A DNA stretch of 64,000 nucleotides, from assembly GCA_965200315.1 (NCBI GenBank), contig OZ241362.1, forward strand, positions 3,808,001 through 3,872,000, written 5' to 3'. This document shows positions 58,903 through 64,000 of this stretch, in pieces. The position numbers and the translations under genes are program-made. The notes under the pieces are model-generated. The model searched no databases, was not told the DNA's origin, and worked only from the letters and a program-made list of their open reading frames with translations. Numbering within the stretch: position 1 is the first letter of the stretch; every line of letters starts with the position of its first letter. Source of the stretch: Candidatus Latescibacterota bacterium. Lineage in GTDB: Bacteria; Latescibacterota; UBA2968; UBA8231.

Positions 58903-61611
58903 CTAGATGCCCAAGCCGGCGTACACCGTTATAAAACCCTCGGTCACCGTGCGGGTTTTGATGTCTGGGTCTTCAAAGTCGCGGGCGTCGAACTTCAGGC
59001 CGACCTGCGTGGTCAGCACGTAGCCCTGATATTCGGCCACATTGGTGACTTGAGCGGCCGTGATGAAAGACTGGAAGTTATTGATCTCGGCCACCAGATC
59101 CCGAAGCAGCACGTATTCGACGCCGGTGGCTATGGTGGTGCGACGCATCACGGGCAGTTCTACTACCACGCCGAATATCTCGGTCAGCTCCTCGCGGGCG
59201 TCCTTGGTAAACAGGTCGTAGGTCTGGCGGCGGTATTCGCTTTTCCATCTCGGCAGCACCCGTAGGCGCGACAACTCGACGAGATAGTCGGCCTTGTTGA
59301 TGACGCCAAAGAAAAACTCGTCCTCGCCCAAGCCGAACTGGGTGCGCGCTGTTTGGCCGAGGCGCTGGTGCCACAGGTCGTATTTGAGCGAATTTTTAAT
59401 TGTCAAATCTTCCAGCGGTTCGTACGTATGGCCGATGTACAGCGAATTGTTGAGCGCGTCGCGCGCCAACAGCGGGTCCAGCACTTCCACATTGCGGGAG
59501 TCGCGCAAGGTGTTGCGGTTGTCCCACTGGATTAGGTTGTCAGGAATGTCGTCCTTCACGCTTTTGAGCACTTCCATGACCTTGAGCCGCCCCCAATTCG
59601 GATGGTTCACATCGACGGTCATCACGCCATATATGGCGCGGTTGCGCTGGTCTGAGGTGATCCGCTCCTCGCGCAAATGCCCGACGGTCGCGCGGATTTC
59701 TGGGGTGATATTGACGCCAGCGTACACGTTGAAGCCACTGCGGTCGCGCTTGTAGGGGAAGTCCGGCTCGTTGTCGTTTTCAAAGCGATCTACCCAGCCG
59801 TTGTTGTTGGCGTCAATGCCGTAGAGAAATTCGGGCCGATCTACGTGTTGGCGGAGGAAAGGCTCCTCGTAGTCTGGAATCAGATTGATAACGCGGCCAT
59901 TGTCGTTTTGGTTGAAATCGGGGATGAAGTCGTTGTTTTCGTCCCAACCCGGAAAGACCGCACGATCTACCGACAGGGCGTCGTTGCGGCCCCAATCCGG
60001 GGTGCGGTCTTGATCGTCGTTGTCCTCGACGAATTCCACCAAGAACCGCTCGTTGCTACCCGGGTTGTGGTCGGCAAAATAACCAGAGTTGTAATCGATA
60101 AAGCCGTCCTGCTCGCTGATGTACGTCGAAGTGGCATAATCCGGGTCCATATGAAATACCTCGGCAAAAAAGAAATACGGAGAAGCGCGCTTCCAAAGAT
60201 TGAGCATAAAAGCGTCCGCCGAGGGATTCTCGGACGTACCCGCCGAGGTACTGTGATCGGTATTGCCTTGGTCGGCACTCGGATAGGGATACTTGCGATA
60301 CGTGCGGCTGTTGTCCCACTCGCCATACAAGTGTAAGCCCTTGACATCTTCCAATGCGAGCGTGAACCCAAATATCTGCGTTGCAGTGGGCAGGCCGTAC
60401 TCAAACGACACGACCCGCAAATTGGTGTTGTCCTTGACGTTGCCTGTGGCCCGCACGACCAGTAGGAATATGGGGTCGTTGCTGCGGCCGGTTTGGCGGT
60501 TGGACGTAGCCTGCACCTTGTAGTCGTTGCCCAGCACCAAGTCGAACTGGACCTTGCGAATCTGCGACTTGTCCTGAGACGCGACTAGCAAAAAATCCGT
60601 GCTGTTGAAATCGTAGCGCAGGCGGATTTGCTCATTGCCGTCGGCCGAGATAAACCCTTCCTGCGGGAAACCGCCTTCGACGACCGGTTCAAACCCAATT
60701 TCCTTGCCGCGGTCCACGCTGCCGTCCAAATAGGTGATGATGATATCCGAGCCGGCACTAAAAAACGCCGCGCCACCCTCGCCATCGGCCGGCGAGTCGT
60801 CGCTGAGCAAAATTTCAATCCAAGAGATGGCTTCGTTCTTTTGGTCCACGGTCAATTCGCCCGTGAGGGGATTGCCGCCAAAGCCGTCGGTGAGCGTATT
60901 CGACTGGTGTGCGTTGACGAAGTTGAACCCCAACGTGGTAAAATCTCCCACTTGAACGGTGGTGCGCCCCCCCATCAGCGAGGTGTTGTTGGTGCGGTTG
61001 ATGCCCTCGACATTCGTGCCTGAGCCACCCGATTCGCTCAGCCGCGAATACAGAAAGGTGAGCAAGTATTTGTCCGTAGCTAAGTCGAACTGGACCCCGT
61101 CAAAATCGGGCTTGGAAAAAGTCATGGGCGTCAGGGTCGTGCGGATGCCGTTGCCAATGGTGAGGGCGTAGTGGTATTCGCCGATGGAGTCCGAAGCGAT
61201 CAGCAGGCTGTTAAACCAAGTGCCAAAACGGGCGTCCTTGAACAGCTCGTTGCCGCGCTGCAAGGGCTGGCTCTGGCTATTGTTGTAAATGAGCCAACCG
61301 CGATTGACGAAATTGCCGAAGAAGTCGTAGAAGTAGCTGCCTTCCAACGCCACATCGACGTAGCGCTGGTACTGCGTCCGTGCGTAATTGGAATACTCCC
61401 ACTGCCGCCAGCGGTACTCGTTGAAGAGCTCCTGCGGGATGTACCACTTTTTTACGGCCGGGTCTATCGCATCGAAGAGAACGCCCGACCCCTGTGGCTC
61501 GAACGTGGTCCTGCCGCCGCGCTGAACGCCCAGCCGATTGCCGTAGTCCTGGGCACTGGCCGCGGCGGCGAGGAGGCATAACAAAGACGCAAGAAAAAAA
61601 GGTGATCTCAT
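58903..61611 (-). CDS. Large hypothetical exported / outer-membrane protein with Ca-binding-like DxNxD repeats
   Basis: 902 aa; signal peptide; DENND, DANNNG, DNDDQD motifs; amphipathic beta-strands at the C-terminus. Confidence 0.75.
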   Translation of the reverse strand: MRSPFFLASLLCLLAAAASAQDYGNRLGVQRGGRTTFEPQGSGVLFDAIDPAVKKWYIPQELFNEYRWRQWEYSNYARTQYQRYVDVALEGSYFYDFFGNFVNRGWLIYNNSQSQPLQRGNELFKDARFGTWFNSLLIASDSIGEYHYALTIGNGIRTTLTPMTFSKPDFDGVQFDLATDKYLLTFLYSRLSESGGSGTNVEGINRTNNTSLMGGRTTVQVGDFTTLGFNFVNAHQSNTLTDGFGGNPLTGELTVDQKNEAISWIEILLSDDSPADGEGGAAFFSAGSDIIITYLDGSVDRGKEIGFEPVVEGGFPQEGFISADGNEQIRLRYDFNSTDFLLVASQDKSQIRKVQFDLVLGNDYKVQATSNRQTGRSNDPIFLLVVRATGNVKDNTNLRVVSFEYGLPTATQIFGFTLALEDVKGLHLYGEWDNSRTYRKYPYPSADQGNTDHSTSAGTSENPSADAFMLNLWKRASPYFFFAEVFHMDPDYATSTYISEQDGFIDYNSGYFADHNPGSNERFLVEFVEDNDDQDRTPDWGRNDALSVDRAVFPGWDENNDFIPDFNQNDNGRVINLIPDYEEPFLRQHVDRPEFLYGIDANNNGWVDRFENDNEPDFPYKRDRSGFNVYAGVNITPEIRATVGHLREERITSDQRNRAIYGVMTVDVNHPNWGRLKVMEVLKSVKDDIPDNLIQWDNRNTLRDSRNVEVLDPLLARDALNNSLYIGHTYEPLEDLTIKNSLKYDLWHQRLGQTARTQFGLGEDEFFFGVINKADYLVELSRLRVLPRWKSEYRRQTYDLFTKDAREELTEIFGVVVELPVMRRTTIATGVEYVLLRDLVAEINNFQSFITAAQVTNVAEYQGYVLTTQVGLKFDARDFEDPDIKTRTVTEGFITVYAGLGI

Positions 61612-61790
61612 ACTAGGCTCCTTGTCTGCGAATCTGTAGGCTGAGGAGTTTGGGAGAAGTCAACAACCTTAAACCCGTGCTCCTGCTCTCTCTGTCGCAA
61701 CGCTATCGCCAAGCGATCAAGATCATATTCAAATTGCCGAGCCAGTGCGTCTTTTGCTTTCCATACGTCTTCGATTATTTCATCTTTCAT
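61608..61790 (-). CDS. Small PIN-associated (antitoxin-like) protein
   Basis: MKDEIIEDVWKAKDALARQFEYDLDRL; directly after the PIN remnant. Confidence 0.6.
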   Translation of the reverse strand: MKDEIIEDVWKAKDALARQFEYDLDRLAIALRQREQEHGFKVVDFSQTPQPTDSQTRSLV

Positions 61791-62056
61791 CTAACCGTCT
61801 CCCATGAGTTCTTGCGAAGTGCAGATCTCTGGATAGTAATGACTATACAGCATACAAAGTTCACGGATACTTGGTTTGAAGTTCCAAGTCATAAGATAAT
61901 CGCTCCGATGAACAGCAGAGCGCGCAATATGAAGCGCATCATCTATTGCTTTTTCCGCTAAAGGGCCTTCGTTTATCATTCTGCGAGCTAACCCAACCGC
62001 AGAATCTGTTGTTGCGAGTATAGGTATTCCCTCAAGGAAGTTTCGTCGCCGAATCT
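61791..62056 (-). pseudogene. PIN-domain (VapC-like) toxin remnant
   Basis: ..DALHIA.SAVH..DYLMTWNFK..PEICT.QEL; N-terminus absent and the segment after WNFK deleted. Confidence 0.68.
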
Positions 62057-62139
62057 AATCCTTTGCTTTAATTCAGCGGCCGCTGAAGGTAGACAGCATC
62101 TGGACCATCACGAAACGCGGGATTTTAAGAGGCTTTCAT

Positions 62140-62175
62140 AAAAATAAGGCGATGGGCTTGACTAGCCCATCGCCT
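62140..62175 (-). terminator. Intrinsic terminator
   Basis: AGGCGATGGGCT/AGCCCATCGCCT stem followed by TATTTTT on the minus strand. Confidence 0.8.
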
Positions 62176-62213
62176 GTAAATCTAAACCGAATGCCGGGTC
62201 GAGCCAGCAGGAC

Positions 62214-63119
62214 CTAGCGATTAAACTCGGTCTTGATGCGGCCCCAAGTGCTGGATTCAACGGCTGTGGAAGAAGCGGCTCCCCAGTCAATGGCGTCGTC
62301 GAGCTCGCTCATGACCATGTCGTTGTCCGCGCGGCAGCATTTGTTGGGCGAAGTTGACCAAAAACCTTGGTAGTCTTCAAGTACAGAGCCGCCTTCAATG
62401 TCGAAGTCGCCGAAGGTCCAGCTAATGGCGATGATCTGGCCTTCTTCGAGGTCGGTCTCCTCAGCAGCGTCCCGGTCGCCATCGTCGGGAATGAAGTCAA
62501 AGGGCCGGATCCAAGCCTCGTATAAATACGTGCTCTCGCCGAACTCTTCCCCTTCAAACGTGTACGCGAATTTCCAAGCATCGTTGTTGTCTGGATCGAG
62601 GACCCAATCAAACGGGGGATTGTAACCGCCCCACGCGCCAGCCGTCGGCGGCATGGACCAGTTGTATCCCACCTTGAGGATGCCGCCTTCTTGGCCGGGG
62701 GCATAGCCACCGCCGCCCTCAACCTCGGGGTGGGTCGGCGACACATAGACTTCCCAAGCGTCGTCGGACCACCAAGCATTCGGCTCTTCAGCGTCGCGGG
62801 TGTGGACGTTATCGAACACTTCGGCCATGAAATAGAGCAAGTTGGTGTTGTCGTTCCAGCCGACAATCTGCCGTACGCTCAGGTCGCTTACGTCGATCTC
62901 ACCGCGCGCCTTGCTGTACACCGAATCCGAGTACTTGTCGTTGCCGACTTCGTAGGGAATCTGAGGCACAGCAGCCCAATCGGCGTGATTACCGTCAATG
63001 ACCGGTATGTTTTCATCTGGGAACTGCACGGCGAACAGGAGTTCGCCAGGCGGAAAGTGAGCCAGAGCCGGTAGCGCAACCACCGCGGCGAGTAAGGCAC
63101 TTACTAACATTTGGCGCAT
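62214..63119 (-). CDS. Secreted acidic CBM9/DOMON-like protein with C-terminal TWGRIK motif
   Basis: AAGGAG RBS, signal peptide; PVIDG..DW, VGWN..LY...V.D, DAWE; ends AVESSTWGRIKTEFNR. Confidence 0.72.
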   Translation of the reverse strand: MRQMLVSALLAAVVALPALAHFPPGELLFAVQFPDENIPVIDGNHADWAAVPQIPYEVGNDKYSDSVYSKARGEIDVSDLSVRQIVGWNDNTNLLYFMAEVFDNVHTRDAEEPNAWWSDDAWEVYVSPTHPEVEGGGGYAPGQEGGILKVGYNWSMPPTAGAWGGYNPPFDWVLDPDNNDAWKFAYTFEGEEFGESTYLYEAWIRPFDFIPDDGDRDAAEETDLEEGQIIAISWTFGDFDIEGGSVLEDYQGFWSTSPNKCCRADNDMVMSELDDAIDWGAASSTAVESSTWGRIKTEFNR

Positions 63120-63235
63120 CTCTATCTCCTTGTGAAAGAGGGCATAAGAAAACGAGCTCTTGGGCATAGCAAGGCTCAAGATACTTCCAACAACATTGAA
63201 AGTCAATATCCTTGCGCCGTTGGGGGCCGCGATTC

Positions 63236-64000
63236 CTACCGCTGTCCCAGCATCTGACGAATGCGCTCGGCCTCGCGGTGCGCTGGGTCGAGACGCAGCA
63301 AGGTCGTCCAAGCAGCCGCCATTTCCTCGCGGCGTTGCTGGCGGCGGTATAGCTCGCCCAAGCGGTAATACGCCTTGGTCGCTTCGGGATTCAACGCCAC
63401 GAGCGCTGTGTATTGCCGGATGGCGTCTTCTGTGCGGCCGACGCGCTCGTAGGCACGGCCTAAGTTGTAGTAAGCTCTCAGATGGTTCGGCACCAAATTC
63501 AGTACCTTACCATAGTGTCCTATAGCCTCCTCGTAGCACCCAGTTTTCTGATAGGTTAGGCCGAGGTTGAAGTGCGTTTCAACGTGGGTGGGATTCAGGG
63601 CCAGTGAGGTTTTGAAGGACGCGATAGCCTCCTCGTAGCGCCGCGCCGCACTGTGCAGGATGCCGAGATTGAAATGTGCTCGCAGCCGAGTCGGCTGGAT
63701 GGCCACGGCCCGCTGATAGTGGCGGAAAGCGCGGGCGTATTGCTTCTGCTGATAGTACGCAAACGCGAGATTGTCGTGGGCGCGGGCGTTGTCTGGATAA
63801 TGAGTCAAAACCGCGGCAAACAAGCGGGCGTCGCTGTGCCAATCTCGGTTGCGGACGATGGTACGCGCACCACACAGCACAACCGCGACCAGCACGACCG
63901 CCCAAATCAGGCGTCGCTGTCCCGGACTTCTCCGCAGATAGCACTGCCCAGCCCACCCCCAAGTCAAGGCCACCGGAATCATGGCCAAGTGCAGATAGCG
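63236..64000 (-). CDS. TMTC-like membrane protein with TPR repeats (3' part; runs off the window)
   Basis: RYLHL, RTIVRNRDW, followed by TPR repeats. Confidence 0.75.
   Translation of the reverse strand, partial: RYLHLAMIPVALTWGWAGQCYLRRSPGQRRLIWAVVLVAVVLCGARTIVRNRDWHSDARLFAAVLTHYPDNARAHDNLAFAYYQQKQYARAFRHYQRAVAIQPTRLRAHFNLGILHSAARRYEEAIASFKTSLALNPTHVETHFNLGLTYQKTGCYEEAIGHYGKVLNLVPNHLRAYYNLGRAYERVGRTEDAIRQYTALVALNPEATKAYYRLGELYRRQQRREEMAAAWTTLLRLDPAHREAERIRQMLGQR

Noticed and set aside
1-64000. tRNA, rRNA, riboswitch or CRISPR features
   Set aside because: None recognised by eye; a tRNAscan/Infernal run would be needed to exclude small RNAs.

Overview
GC-rich bacterial chromosomal window; no rRNA, tRNA or CRISPR array was seen. 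The protein repertoire (FlgD-Ig/CHU_C-tailed secreted proteins, an ASPIC-UnbV protein, TPR glycosyltransferases, a C-terminal 'TWGRIK' protein, many sugar isomerases and Uma2 genes) suggests an FCB-group lineage such as Ca. Latescibacterota; this is inference only. The backbone is housekeeping and catabolic: glgP, M32/M19/M17 peptidases, glcD/glcF, serC, ssb, peroxiredoxin, lpdA, xylA, nadA, dapL and glnS. It is interrupted by AT-richer accessory spots in decay. These include an ABC-ATPase with a frameshifted DUF4276 partner, Fic remnants, a tandem Uma2 pair, and a type III R-M locus whose res gene is cut by a 1843-bp IS1595-family element carrying a half-HsdS passenger. They also include an orphan M.HindIII-like methyltransferase, two DUF4160/DUF2442 pairs (one bracketed by a duplicated nadA 3' end) and a PIN remnant. 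The last ~17 kb is a coherent cell-envelope/secretion locus of unknown function and is the best candidate for an undescribed system. All family calls come from motif recognition by eye, not from database searches.
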